NCBI RefSeq assembly: GCF_964355755.1
Contig: NC_092678.1
Span: 19,299,365-19,363,364, forward strand
Source of the DNA: Antedon mediterranea
Lineage: Eukaryota > Animalia > Echinodermata
Direction: 5' to 3'
DNA: 64,000 nt
A program made the position numbers and the translations under genes. Shown piece after piece: positions 13,369-28,000 of the stretch; within the stretch, counting starts at the first letter, position 1; the number at the start of each line of letters is the position of its first letter. Below the pieces are notes generated by a model. That model did not search any database, was not told the origin of the DNA, and saw only the letters and a program-made list of their open reading frames with translations.

Positions 13369-16300
13369 GATAATAAAAACACAACTAGTGTAAATGGTCT
13401 TTAAAACGAAGTAGATATTTTTACCACATCGTGGCAAAGCATGGAGCATTTACTTACAAGCAGGAAAATTAAGGAAAGGAAGTAGAGAGATAGACAACGA
13501 GTCTGCATGCAATGATTCTTAAAGGTTGTGAACTATATACAATGTTTCCAGGACAGGAATGCAATTATACTATACAATCTTAACCCGGAGACATCAATCA
13601 ATACCGATAATCACTCAATTATAGCAGCTTACAGTTAGTTCTCAAATAAAAACAAATTTCTTTTTCTGAAATAATACATAATTAATAAAAAAAAAAAAGA
13701 GGGACCCCACTGGAAGCTTAAGCTTTAAAATGTGGGGTCTAGGCAACATAAGTATGATAAGAAACATGTAAAAAAAAACAATGATAATGAACAAAAAAAG
13801 GCATTTAACTTAACGAATGCAGTCGCTACCGACATTACGTGGTCGATTCACCATGCCTTAATTACAAAAACAATACAAAAGAATACCTTTATTTAACTCT
13901 TTGTTTTCTTCCATGGTTTAACGGATAACTTGGTTAGATAGAACTTCGTCACTATTATTGTATATGCATTTCAAGGGTTGAATAGTATAATATAGATAGG
14001 GATACATGATGTTACGATCAAAGGCCTACAATGTAGAACTACTTGATGATGGTCCACAAAATATGAAAAGGAGTATGCTTTTTACTACTTGCAGATAAAG
14101 GAATGAATGGTATGGAACGCAACAAACACCTGTTTACAAATCATGTCTCTTTTTTGCTCAGACAACACAGGTTGATTGCGCCTGCTCAATTTGCCTTTAG
14201 TGATTGGCTCTGTCTAAGAACATGGAAAACAGTATCATTTGTCCATGTTAAGAATGTAAATCAAGATTAACTTTCAGAACAGTCTGCGGCTTTCATAAAA
14301 AGATTGTAGGCCTATATCTACTTAGAATTTTCAGATTGTTGACTTTATTGATGATCGTTTACACCCACTGGATGATTCGGCTTTATGTATTCTTTCTCCC
14401 TTGAAACGTTTTACGTCATTCCGACATTACGCTTTCCACAATGTTCTGTTTTTTTTTTTGCGGGATGGTTTGTTATTGTACTAAAGTTTTCCTTTTCAAT
14501 TTTTTTTAATTTGGTTTTTCTTTTGGTCTTCCTGGTGGCCTTTTTACTGTCCTTCCCGTTTGTTTCATTTGTTTAATTGGCAGTTCATCTGGTAGTCTAG
14601 TCATGTGTTCATATCATTTTAATCTGCTTCGTTTTACTCCATTCTTTTTGTTTTGTTATCCTGTATATTTTCGCGTTCTATTTGATATTCATTATCTTTC
14701 GCAGCATTTTCCTGAAATATATCTATGATATCCTTTATTATTTTGTTGAGTACACAGTTTCCTGTTATATAACAATACTAGCTATAGGTCTATGCATCAA
14801 ACCATCTGCATTTCACATCTGGTATGGACATTGTTTTGTGTTTTAGCGATGATTTTAATTTATTATATGCCATAGCTGCTAGTGACTTGTTTTTGTTTTA
14901 ATGTCTTTTTCTGCCGAGGTACTTGCATTCTTCCCATTTATTTTCTGTGTTTCTTGGAAAATTGAATTTATAATTTCACTCTTCCCTGGTAAAATAAAAC
15001 TAACACACTGCAATACTTTATTTCAGAATATACAGGATTTTAATGAGAACTCCATACCTGTATAGAAGTTAACAATACTTATGTTAAGTGACAGTTTTTT
15101 GTTTGTTTATCATTTGAACCACTATTCATCATAAAGAAGATGTTTCTACATCGAAATGGTAAAAATGTGACAGATTTAAAACTAACAATATCTTAATAAC
15201 TGTAATAACACTTGGCCTTTGATGTAATGCCATTTTAAGGGACCAAACTGCGTCTAACTAAACGCACACATCAAAGCTTTACTTAGTAGGCCTAGAATTT
15301 CATCGTGGCTTACAATTCAAAACACCATATAGGCTATTTCATATATCACGTGTTTAAATCCACGCAATGTGATTGGGTAATAATCAATCTACAGTTTCCC
15401 ACCTTCACTTCCCTTGCGGTAAACACACCGCGGCAATAAATATTATAAGCTAAGCCTATTTTGTATATCATTGTATACGTGCATGCCCGTAGCCTACGTA
15501 GCAATCTGGTGAAACATAGTTTCGAGAGCCTAATACTAAAAAACGTTAAATTGCAATAGTGTTGTACAATCCATATAACTATATACCTATATAGTATAGC
15601 ACATCAGGGAAGAGTTAAATTACATTAGTTAGTAATTTAACTCTTCCCTGAGCACATGCTGTAGTAAAAACCAAATTCAGTGTTACAAAACGACAAATAG
15701 AAATCCGTTTCAGTTTCGTTAGATTTTAAAGCCGTAACAGTTGAAATGATTAAATTAGCACGTGGCGAGGTTTGATTATGGCGCGCTTTTCGACATCGCC
15801 GTTTCTTTATTATGGTCACATTTAGTTAATATGACGTAGTATTATAATTTCGGGTAAATTATGTTAAAAATAAAATAAATTAAAAATGTCAAAAGTTAAT
15901 GGCGCTCGTGTATGTATGTGAACAATGCTAGGTTAATCCACCCCATGTGGCCAGGTGCCTATTTTTGGTATATACTTAAATCATTTATAGTAGTACCACT
16001 GGGCTTACGTTTGATGTAAATATATCTGAATTCTTAATAACCAATTTGTTTTTATATTAAAATAAAGGCAATGAAGTAGGGCCTATAATATAGAATAAAA
16101 GTTCGAGTGCCACAATTTGCATGAAGAAAGGGTAGGCCTATTGTGCCTAGAAATGGTAAAGTAACAAAAACCAATTACAATAAAACACACGTTATCTCCA
16201 TTTTACAACAACCAATTTAAAATGTTCACATAAAATTAACGTCTATTTTGAAAATAGGACTTTTAACATCGAAAAAAAGACATAGTGTAGATCTTATTCA

Positions 16301-17918
16301 CACAGTCAGCCCAGGATTTGCGTATCGTGCGAGTCTGGCTTACACTTCGGAGTTTTTCTAGGCAGTGTGAAACGGGCACACTTTTCTACTTTAGGTAATA
16401 AACCAGACATCTAAAAACAAAACTATTACTTCTCAGATTTTGATAGCTTTGCAGTTCCAACTCACTGCAAACCATTGTCCTAAACCAAACGTTCTTTGTC
16501 TAAGCATTAAGAAAAATAATATTTTAGATAATTCCCTACTTGGTTTAATTTTCCGGTTTTTATTTTCAAATCGGAAAAAAATGACGTGCAATAATAGAAT
16601 GTTTTAAATTGTCACAAACTTCATATTCCAGCTTAACAAAACTAGATTATAAATATTAATAAATTAATAATGACGAGAATAAAAATATAATAATAAATCG
16701 ATAAGAAAAACATATTTTTTTTGTAAATAGCCTACGTTCATACAGCGTACCAAAGTTTCATGATACGAATCTTTCTTTTAAATCTCTCTTTCAGAACACC
16801 TATTTTGGAGACGTCCCTCTTTTGGTCCCGCAGTGTCCCCTTAATACAGGTTTTACTGTAGTTGTTCGGTCGCGAATTGTCCCCTTAATAGATGTTTCTC
16901 TACTGTAATTATGAAACACTGTCCATCAACAGATGTGGGTATTATTGCAAACATATATACAGGCGTAAATCATTCAAAACTGTACAGTGATTGGCTGTGT
17001 GAACGCACTTACTGAGTGTATGTGCGACCGGTTTATAGCAAACATATTAATAACTAAAGTGAATCCGGGAATCTCGCATAATGTGACCATGGCTTTATGA
17101 GAGTGTATAATTATTGTTTAAACAAATTTGTTGCTGATTTGAAAGAAGGCAGTACCATGGAAACAACCACTATGAATCATACATTAAAAATTGATTTAAC
17201 GGTTGGAAATATCTACATTATAAAAAAAAATAGTTAGAGCATTACATGAAATAAACTCAATAACTGCCTTTATAATCTCCTTGTACCTGCTCTGCGGTCG
17301 GACACATACATTCAGGGCTCTATTTAATCTTTTTCAAGCGTCCACTGGGAAAGTCAACTGTAGAATTTATTGGCCCACAATAATCTAAGGACAAACTTGG
17401 TACCTAAATGAATTGGTATACAAATGTAGCTAGGAACATTGCATTCCATATTTAAAAAAGCTGAGCCGAGCTTGAAATGCAAATCCATGTTCAAGTTTAA
17501 AGACTAATTATCACCAGGTAACCATTCAATTTATGCATACCAGGTGATTGTTGTTGTGAATCAAGTATGTTTGTTTTCTCACAATCACATGCAGCATGGA
17601 AATATTTCTACTATTTCCCAATTTTATTTTTCATTGCTTTGCGTCGCCAAAAAAAGAAAGAAAAAATTGTGTGTAAACAAACACAGAAACTTTACAAAAA
17701 TGTGGATTTACTGGGACCTTTCTTTCTTGAGGGCAGCAGATTCTAGCATCAAAAGTTAGTTATGTACACTTATAAACATTTTACAAACGATTTAGTAAAT
17801 TTCATTCAGTTGATATTATTACATAATGGACATGAAAACTATTCTCCAAGTTTTAAATTATTCCTGTGAGGAGTTGTGTGAATTGCTGGCTGCTGGCAGA
17901 GAATGAAAACAGCTAACG

Positions 17919-20900
17919 TTAAGATGATGCTGCATACATTTTGGTCCAAGCACGAGCTGTAAAAGAACGAAACAGAATCTGAAATTACAAGCTCATTTTC
18001 CAATGTCCAGTAAAACACACACAACTTGCCCATTCTTGCCAGTATATTTGGTCCCGTAATGTTTTGTTTGGCACGGTACGGTCCCTTAATGTTTTGTTTG
18101 ACATGGTCCCTTAATGTTTTGTTTGGCACGGTCCCTTAATGTTTTGTTTGACACGGTCCCTTACTGTTATGCTTGACACGGTCCCTTACTGTTATGCTTG
18201 ACACGGTCCCTTACTGTTTTGTTTGGCATGGTCCCTTAATGTTTTGTTTGACACAGTCCCTTAATGTTTTGTTTGACATGGTCCCTTAATGTTTTGTTTG
18301 ACATGGTCCCTTAATGTTTTGTTTGCTATTGTTTCTTAATGTTTTTTTTGACACGGTCCCTTACTGTTCTGTTTGACACGGTTTCTTAATGTTTTGTTTG
18401 ACACGGTCCCTTACTGTTTTGTTTGGCATGGTCCCTTAATGTTTTGTTTGACATGGTCCCTTAATGTTTTGTTTGACATGGTCCCTTAATGTTTTGTTTG
18501 CTATTGTTTCTTAATGTTTTTTTTGACACGGTCCCTTACTGTTCTGTTTGACACGGTTTCTTAATGTTTTGTTTGACACGGTCCCTTACTGTTTTGTTTG
18601 GCATGGTCCCTTAATGTTTTGTTTGACATGGTCCCTTAATGTTTTGTTTGCTATGGTTTCTTAATGGGTTTTTTGACATGGTCCCTTAATGTTTTGTTTG
18701 ACATGGTCCCTTAATGTTTTGTTTGTCCTTATTCTTAATGTTTTGTTTGACACGGTTTCTTAATGTTTTGTTTGACACGGTCTCTTAATGTTTTGTTTTA
18801 CATGATCCCTTAATGTTTACCTGTTTCAAGTGCTTGAGCCTCATTTGATTTCCATTTTTCAGCTACATCATTAGCAAGTGGGTCATCTGGGTTTGGTGCA
18901 CTAAGTAATGCTTGAATCGATAGCAAAACTGTCCTGATTTGCAAAGCTGGGCTCCATTTATCTGAAATAATAATTATTATTATATAATTAACATATTTCA
19001 CAAGTTGCACTTGTTAAATTCATGTATTAATTTCGTTGTAAAACTGATCTGACCTGAAACTGAACTACGCTATCAAACTAGTAAAGTGTGATGTATCCAC
19101 ATATGGTAGTGATATGCCCAAATATGGCAGTGACATGACATCATCATGTCCATATATGGGTCATTCCATCTCAGTTCACCCCAAAAAAAATGGAATTTTA
19201 AACCCTACCTCTTCCAATTTTGATGAAATTTGGTATATGGGTGATTCATAGCTATTAAAGCCAAAATTTCAAATTTTAACTTTATCGGACCAACGGTTTT
19301 CGAGATATCGCAATTTCAATTTTCGGTTTTTACGCAAAAAAGCGTGCGGCCGTCACGTTTCAAAGAGATGTATCTCGGGAACTATAGGTTCGATTTTAAA
19401 AACAAAGGTATTTTTGTAAAGGGGAGACCATAAGGAACCTAAATATACTAATTGTGTGTGTTTTATGTTAATTTTAAGTTGAATAAAACGTTGACATATA
19501 TTTTGACCTTGAAATTGACCCCGTTGAACACACCCGATTTGTTGGTGACTATCACGAAAAATGTAGCCCTACGTGTCAACTACAACATATAAAAAAATTG
19601 GAGGGGTTTTTTTCTTTGTTTCCATGAAATTACAATTTGAAGTTGACATACCTCTTCCTTTTAGTGTATTTTTAGTGTCTGTCCATGCATTACTTCAATG
19701 TCAATTTGATGTATTCCAAAATTAATTACAATGATTATATAAAATTCATATAAAATCGTTGACAGATAAAAAAAAAATATATATATATACAAAGTACGAA
19801 CAAAATTAACTGGAAATAAATTGTTTAAGTTCACGTTTAAAGGAAATAACATTTTCAGATTGTCGAATAATTTTAGGAATCATCAGTGATATGTAATTAA
19901 AATGATTCTAATGATCGTCGCTATGCAGTGATATGTAAACAAACAAAATAGAGGGCGACATTTACAATTTTATTTTATAAACCCCGGTGTTGCTAGGTTG
20001 GTGTGAAAGGGGTATCTCCGGAGTTTCTCGACGTTTTGAATGGTCATAAACCCTGGGGTGTCTCCGGAGATCACTCCGGAGTTTTGGTGTGAAAGGGGTA
20101 TAATAGTAGTAATTTGGTTTTAAAAATTGCTTATTATTTCATAAAGATTCCATACTGGCAAACTAACCAATCAAATGGCATCGATACCAGTGTTCTTCCA
20201 ATATAGAAAACAAGTCCGGCAAATTAAGCAAAGTATTAAATTATTGAGATACTATTTGTATTACTAATAAGTCAAATACTATCTATCAAATTGACAAAGT
20301 AATAGCCTTTCATTTCTCTGTGTCTATGTTTTTAATTGCTAGACCTAACCTACAGTACCACTACTAGGACTATATTTGGCGCTCATCCACTGTCACATTC
20401 CTCCCACTTATTCTCCAAACTCAATCTTCTCAAACTCTCGGACATTAACCTATCCCAGCAAGGTGTCTTTGTTTTTTTGGCCACTCACTCACTTCTCCCT
20501 TGCCATCTAAACGACCTTTTCGCTCCTAATAATACCGTTCATAAATATTATACTAGAACAAGAAATAACATATATATCCCTAACCATAACACCAATTATT
20601 TTCAACATAGCATTAGATATTCTGGACCTCTATTGTTTAACAATTTACCCCCCTCAATTTCCTGTGCTGCCAACCGCTATTCATTTAATAATAACATAAA
20701 AAATTACCTTTTGTCTCAGTACTGATCGATATGTTTGATATGGTCGTTTTTTCCATGTTCCGTGACTTGCTATCTTTATTATTCAATTGTCATCATATTC
20801 GCTATATGCCATGCAGCTGTACTTTTTTCTGTTCTTTTTTTATTTTTTATTCCAACTTTTATCTACTGGTTTTATATATATTTTGTATTTCTTTATTGTC

Positions 20901-22535
20901 TAATTAATTTATTTTCTTTATTTATATATTTTTTTTTTTTTTTCTTCTCTTATTTAAATATTTTGTAAAGGCAATCCCGTCACAAGATTGGTATCTTTTT
21001 GGGATTTGCCTTCGTCCATTTTCCTGTTTTATCACTTGCCATTTTGTTTTTGTTACTTTTGTCTTTTGGACGTGAATAAATGTTCCTTGAATTGAATTGA
21101 ATGAACTAGATAAGTAATAAGATACTTTTCTTACACATCATAAAACTGGAAAATATAATTATAAATACCTTTAAGTATGTCTAAACAAATCCTTCCCAAT
21201 TTGTCGATGTTTGGATGATATATCTTCGTCATGAATCTAACTTTTGGAGGGGACATAGGATACTCTTCAGGTAAAAATAATTCTAATTTAAAACTTCCGC
21301 CCTCAAATGGTGACTACAAAAAGAAAAAAAAACATTATTTTTTATTAATTAAATTCAGTGTATTTAAAAATACTGTAAATATAATAAATGGAAAATATAA
21401 ATCCAAAGGCAAATTACTGAAAAAATGACAATGCTGTGGGTATCAGTGGCTGGATCGCAATGGAGATACAAAAAAAAAGCGCGAAAAGCTAAATCAAAAC
21501 GATAAAGTAAAACACCCAGAAAAGTTAGCAGAGCTTTCGGGTAACACTAGCCCTTCATCAGTGCAATACATGAAAAATATAGATACATTTAAAATAATTA
21601 TTGATCATATCAATGCAATAGATTCTCTCTTTTTTTGGGATTAAGGACAAATCCGTAGGACATTTCCTGTTAAGTAAAATATAATGTTAACGCTATGATG
21701 GGACACACCTATAAAGGAGACATTCTATTTGGTCGTGAAGGTTTCCCCATAGCAGGGTTGTTTATTTAGCAAGAATTTATTTAACAAAGATGCATTTTTT
21801 TTACTGGGGTGCATTTTTTTTTACTGGGGTGCATTTTTTCCAGTTTTCCTGCTAGTGGTTCTTACATCACTTGAAAAAGATCCATATTTAAATGAATTTG
21901 GCATTTATTTGACATGGTTGCTCTTTCTTATTAGTGTTAAATTAATTTAGTATTTTATTAATTATTTACAGTCTAAAAAATCTTACATCTTTGGGACCTG
22001 CCATTAAAACATGGAAATACCGCGCATTTGCCTCGTGTGGTTGTGCTGTAATTCCTGACACAGGTTCCGCTATCAAGCGTTGCGTTTCCTGTAAAAAAAT
22101 AAGACATGTATACAGAGGGAGCTATAACATTTTGAAAAATACATTCAACAATAAAGGGTGGTATAAAAATCTTAAGATATTGGTATAAATAGTAAACATG
22201 AGTATGTGTGCGGTGGCACATTAAACAAAATTTAATATCATTTTAAATTTAATCTTATATTACAGATTGCAATTTTGTTTAAACACATGAATGATATTGG
22301 GAAGTTCCCACGATTTAACGGAAAAAGGATTTTAAACTAAGTACTTAAGGGCTCCTGGGTTGGCTTATTGTCTATGACATTTAAACTCATTTAATATTAA
22401 CAATTCTAAATGACACACAATTCTTCCATACATATTCAGACATAATTTGGGCCAGTCTGCAAGGGTGTCCAGTTTAATAATTTGGGAAAAATGGACGGTA
22501 CTAACCTTTATTATCCTCCTTGGTAATCCTGTCAT
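17919..22535 (-). CDS. UBE2N: Ubiquitin-conjugating enzyme E2 N (Ubc13), 151 aa
   Basis: Exons 22506-22535, 21987-22088, 21169-21313, 18821-18961, 17919-17956 (456 nt): [15 protein letters not shown]...[55 protein letters not shown]...[13 protein letters not shown] non-coding 5' exon probably ends near 23346. Confidence 0.96.
18050..18815. repeat. 25-bp minisatellite, about 30 copies, filling the last UBE2N intron
   Basis: Unit ACAYGGTCCCTTAATGTTTTGTTTG. Confidence 0.92.
20368..21104 (+). mobile_element. 5'-truncated L2/Crack-group LINE (ORF2 C-terminus, 3' UTR and tail)
   Basis: Peptide [17 protein letters not shown]...HKYYTR...[14 protein letters not shown]...[10 protein letters not shown] is typical of an L2-clade ORF2 end. 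AATAAA then a (TTGAA)n tail; candidate TSD ACTAG at 20363-20367 and 21105-21109. Confidence 0.8.
21398..21567 (-). mobile_element. Penelope-like element terminal repeat fragment
   Basis: Homologous to 29143-29306 and 29372-29620; contains a minimal hammerhead motif. Confidence 0.65.
21528..21564 (-). ncRNA. Minimal type I hammerhead ribozyme motif
   Basis: Minus strand GCA CUGAUGA A GGG cuaguguua CCC GAA AGCU C UGC: intact core, 3-bp stems I and II, palindromic AGCU stem III. Confidence 0.7.
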
Positions 22536-24719
22536 GATAATAGTTTAAAACTGGAATGTTTATTTATAATTTCAGTGCAGTGACTAAAAAAAAAAAACGG
22601 TTTAAAGATTTGTGCAGTTCAGAAATAAGGTGGTGGTTAGGATTTGGGAGCAAATGTCACAACGCGTGCATACGTGATGTGTTGTTTGTATGTAGCCGTC
22701 GTGACGTTTTCTCCCAAACCCTTCACCATCACATACATTGTGCAATGACGTTAGTCACGAAATCAAGCTATTTGCAATAAACTAAATAATACCAGGTCAG
22801 GCTAGGCCTATGATGCCCTATACATTATGTTAATTAATATTAATTATCTAAATCAAGGCCTAGGCCTAACTAGGCTAAATTTCAATGTCCTGTAGTACAT
22901 CATGCGACATTTATGATGGATGATGATGGTGATTGTGCATCATCAGACTTTTTTGCCAGCTTTTTCCCAAATTTCTTTAAAAGATATAAATACATTTTTT
23001 AAATAGCAACGAAAAGTATTAAATCTCAATAAAACGCTAGATAGCACGGGCTAAAAATACAAAGGTAATCTAGGCCTATGTGGGGTCTGCGATTGAAAAG
23101 TTCCTTACATTTTGCTATAAAGCTAGCAGGCTGGGATGGGCTGATCCCGTGTACCTACACCGTACCACCGTGTGTGTGGTTTTGTCTAAAAGGTAGGCTC
23201 GGCCTGGGCCTAAGTTTAGGCTCCCGGATACAAAATAACAATACGGAAAGAATCAATAATATTTATTATAATATTTAGTTCAACAATGCACAATTTAAAA
23301 ATGTTTGTTAAAGCAATTACTCGTACAAAATAACAAAATCTTTACCTTTTTATCCACAAATTCCAGCGTACCGCGAGTGTTCCCTCTATCTTTAATTTTT
23401 TTTCACTTCCTGGGGGCGGTCAACCAAATATAGCGCCCGCTATTACAATATTTAAATTCCTCTCTATACATTTTTGTGTACCAACGTGGGAATTGTAAAC
23501 ATAATTCCCACTTTAATTATTAACAATAGCAAAAAGTTTGTTAAAAAATTCACGAATATATATTTTTATCCAATCAACTTAGTGCGTATGAAAAAAACGC
23601 GTATTTTTTTATTTTTTTTATGTAGACACATATATTTTTGCATATTCGGATCAAGATCATTATGAGACAAGTAAAATACTTTCAGATCTAAAACTTTGAA
23701 AAATAATATATCAAACTATAGAGGACGCTACACAATTAAACAAATCATAGAGGGCGATATAAAGCTATCTGTTAACACAATCTCTTCTTTCTCGGTCACA
23801 TTTACCTAGACAGAAGAAATTACCTTCCTAAATGTACTTAACCTAACCCTCTAAATAATCTCTCTCAACTATTAAAAAAAAAACACTATTGATAGACCTC
23901 GAACCCAGAGTTCTAGTTTCAGTCTAGTGTGTGACTGTGTATTCAAATGAGGCAAATGTGACCGAAAAAGAATAACTTACCGTCTCAGATACTAAAAGGC
24001 GGAAATATGGTACCAACCCAATATTTCACTATTAATCACTGCATGAAATTATTATAAGTTTATAATTATAACATGAATACAAATAACAAATGTGGTACTG
24101 TAGTGATAATAAACAATTATTATTTCTTTAATACTGTATAAATATTCACATTTTATGCATAATTATAAGCCTTAGGCCCTACTATCTTCTCGATTCTCTA
24201 TGTACTTTATCTCTGCATGGTAATTATATGCCCCAGTATCTGCATAGGCAAATTATTTTAAGGAGTGTCACATATCACATGTATTACATTAAGATTTACT
24301 TATGCCCTATGATACAGGTGTCACATGTGATACATACATGCCACTGTATTACAGAATTTGATAATGGTACTGCACAAATTATAGATACATTAAACAGAGA
24401 GAAAACATTTTCAGGTATCAGTGGGATATTTCTGATAAACATCAATTTTTAATAATTTTGCCTGTTGCTCTGTTTCCTGATATTTCAGTAGGGTGATAAA
24501 AAAAGAAACAAAATTAAGTCTTACTCTAAACTTATTGGTCAAAGGTCAAACAAATGGAATGTTTAGAGCACAAGTGAGAGAATCAACAATTTAGCGTTGA
24601 TACTCCCCACAAAAAAAAGTTAAAATTACAATGAAATTTTGCCCCACCCCTATTAACCCACTTTAAAAAAATAAAGAAATTCCATTACCATTATTACCAT
24701 TTGTTTTATTTTAAGTCTT

Positions 24720-24864
24720 AAGCTCTGTCTACACTATCAAACTAGTTTGACAAAAAAAAGTGTGATGTGCCCAAATATGGTAGTGATATGACATCATCAT
24801 GTCTATATTATGATCACATCAAATTTTTTTGTCGCATTAAGTTTGATAGTGTAGACAGAGCTTT
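24720..24864. mobile_element. MITE (Harbinger-like termini), best-preserved of at least 8 copies in the window
   Basis: TIR AAGCTCTGTCTACACTATCAAACT ... AGTTTGATAGTGTAGACAGAGCTT. Other copies near 6592, 10960, 19068, 26011, 26612, 34232, 42428 and, split, at 50099/51391. Confidence 0.85.
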
Positions 24865-25002
24865 TTACAATCCCAATACATAATAATTCATAGTTAATTA
24901 AATAATTGAATAAGTCAAAGAGTTCTATCAAGTATTAGTGGAATGATTAAGAAACAGACGCCAGTCCTGAGTTTTTTTTTGTCTTGATACGCTTTGATCC
25001 AA

Positions 25003-28000
25003 TCAAAGAAGCGAGTATAACAAATCATCTGAATCGCTGTTAAAATCATCATCACTTTCTGAAATGAAATAAAAAAATAAATCAATATTTTGTTTTCTTG
25101 ATTTATAAAGCGGCTAATATTGTGAAGCGCTGTACATTAATACCCCGGCCATTTTGGGATAAAACAGGTATGAAAACATACTCCCATAATGCAGCTAGTA
25201 ATCAGCACAAAGTTGTGTCTTGAACTGGTACGCATTTGTACACTTGGGTGGAGTAGAGGCAAATAAACAAGTAAACGCCTTGTCTAAGGATATAAGCAAT
25301 GCGACAAGCATTGATTTTCAAACCCATGATTAATAGTTCAACATCCAACACACTGTGCCACAAGCCCTTACGAAAAGCCAAGCATACAATAGTACCTTTA
25401 GTCATTAAAATGGGAGAAAATAATGCCCGGTACAGCATACAAGAAATAACAAGAAAATGGCTGCCATATTCTGGCAGAGAAGTTAAGACGAACATAAAAG
25501 GTGTTTTACGTCATGTAATTTTTATTTTATTTTATTTTATTCAATCAAAACCAACAGCGATAAATACCGCCACTAACAGGTTTGAAACATAAAACAATAC
25601 AACATCAAAAACGGTTAACAACAACAAAAAATAATATTTATTCCTACACCGTTTCAAATTTTAAATTTTTACAAAAAACAGAGCATGCAATAGTACTTTC
25701 AATCATTAAATAGGAGATAATAATGCACAGTAAAAAATAACCAAAAAATGGTTACCATATTCTGGATCGAATTCATCCTCATAATCCTCATTGTCGAGCC
25801 CTAGGAGGAAGTTATCCATGTCTTCCCCATCACCATCATCATTATCACTTGATGCGACCTCTTCTATGCTATTGTTACTATCTGCATCATCATCATCATC
25901 TTCATCATCATCATCGTCGTCATCATCATCATCATCTTCTTCATCGTCATCATCTTGCTGTAAATTAGAATTAAGAAAAAAATAAAACAATTTTTTGTTG
26001 TAGTCTTCTTAAAGCTCTATCTACATTATCAAACTAGTTTGACAAAAATGTTGATATGACATCATCGTGTCCATATTATGGCCACATTACATTTTCTTGT
26101 CACATAAAGTTTGATAGAGTAGACAGAGCTCTAAAGACGGAAGCCAAGATCAGTTACATCAATGCTTTCCACTGGGTCCTTTTTACATCAAACACATATG
26201 GATGTTATAGCCGCCAATAAATACCAGCAACAATGATGAAATTCCTTATTTAGCGTTGAGCTTCTACATATGATTGTTGTGCCTGATTTAGGCGTTATAG
26301 CTTCTGTAATTGATCATGTGATTGAATGGCAGTAAGATGACCTGACCTTACCTGTTCAGTGTCATCGTCATCTTCTTCACTGAGCTTACTACGTCCGATC
26401 TCATACAAATGACAAAAACTTCCGACATCTAGATTATCAAAGCTACCTTGATGCTTTAAAAAGAATACAATCAATTATTATTATTATTTTGTAAACCAGA
26501 CCACCCAACTCTCATAAAATTTGCAGGATTTTTAAATTATTTCTAGCCATCCTTTTGGATAAAGAAAACAAACATCCTGATAATATATTATTTAGGATGT
26601 GAAAAGGCGATTATCAAACTTTATGTGCCAATATATAAGTGTGATGTGCCAATAAGTGTGATGTACCCATAGATGGACATGATGATGTCATAATCGATAC
26701 CATATTTGGCCACATCACACTTCTTTGGTCAAACTAGTTTGATAGTGTACACAGAGCTTAAGTTTGCATTTCCACAATCAGAAAAACACCTAGCATACCC
26801 CAGGGCTCTATTTAGTGCTAGCCTGGCGTACAATGGCTAGTAAAAACAGCTCCGGGCTACCTAAAGTATCTTCCTTTAAGCCCGGATGGCTAGTAGGTTG
26901 TGGGAACTCGAAATTGGGACGAAATGACCTCATAAAAATAACTCCAGCATAAAAGACATATAATGTCTTGGCAACATCATAAAAAAAAAACCACTCGCGC
27001 GCTGCTGCTGTGGCCATAACAAGTGATGATGTAGGCGGAGCCTCTCATAATCAAACAAATTTCCCGAATTATGATTGGCCTGTCACGATAAATATGGTCC
27101 GGGGCCAAAATCGGTCCGGCCGGACCAGTTTTGGCTCTAAAATTGTGGCCAAAAGCAGTCCGCCACTGCCAAAATCGGTCCGGGTTTTTCTTCTGTCGAT
27201 TTTAATTGAATTACTAGGCCTATGATGCTGTTTTAAATTGTTTATGGCTATAAAAATATCCCATGATATATATTAGTAAGTTATCTTGTCGGATAAATAC
27301 TATAAATAAATGTATTTTATCTAAAAACATGACTTAGGTGTTCACTCATATTTCGGCCTGCCACACACTCACATGAACGGGTATGAGACGCTGATATTGC
27401 CAGCTAGATTTGATTTATGATTGAGGCCTTTTTCCTTCTTTTCCTCAGCCTAATCAATATTGGATATTTTTTTCTAATAATTGTATTGAATTGATATATT
27501 GATTGATTAACCATAAATAATTAATAAATTAAATTGTTTTTAACATCATGGGGAAACGAAGATGTTAAAAAAGAACAAAATGGATTAAAAACAGGCAGAG
27601 ATACATATTGTATACAAAAAGCCTAACAATTAGTACTTATTATTGATGAGTTACTACTATAAATGTTAATAAAAAAAACAGGCTTAATTTATAATATTAA
27701 AATAACAAATAAAAGTTAAAACCCCATAGTTTTCAATATAATGACTAATCATGGCCTTTTTTTTTAATGATATATACATTATGACTCATATTGCGCACCA
27801 TATATTTGTAAGACCGGACCATATTTGGCGGCCAAAAACAGTCCTACTGCCCGGACCGATTTTATCCAGGCCGGACCAGTTTTGGCGGCCAAAATTGGTC
27901 CGGCTGGACAGGTTTTGGCAGCCATAAATGGTCCCCCGGACTGATTTTGGCAGCCAAAACTGGTCCGCCGGACCGATTTTGGCCCGGACTGATTTTGGCG

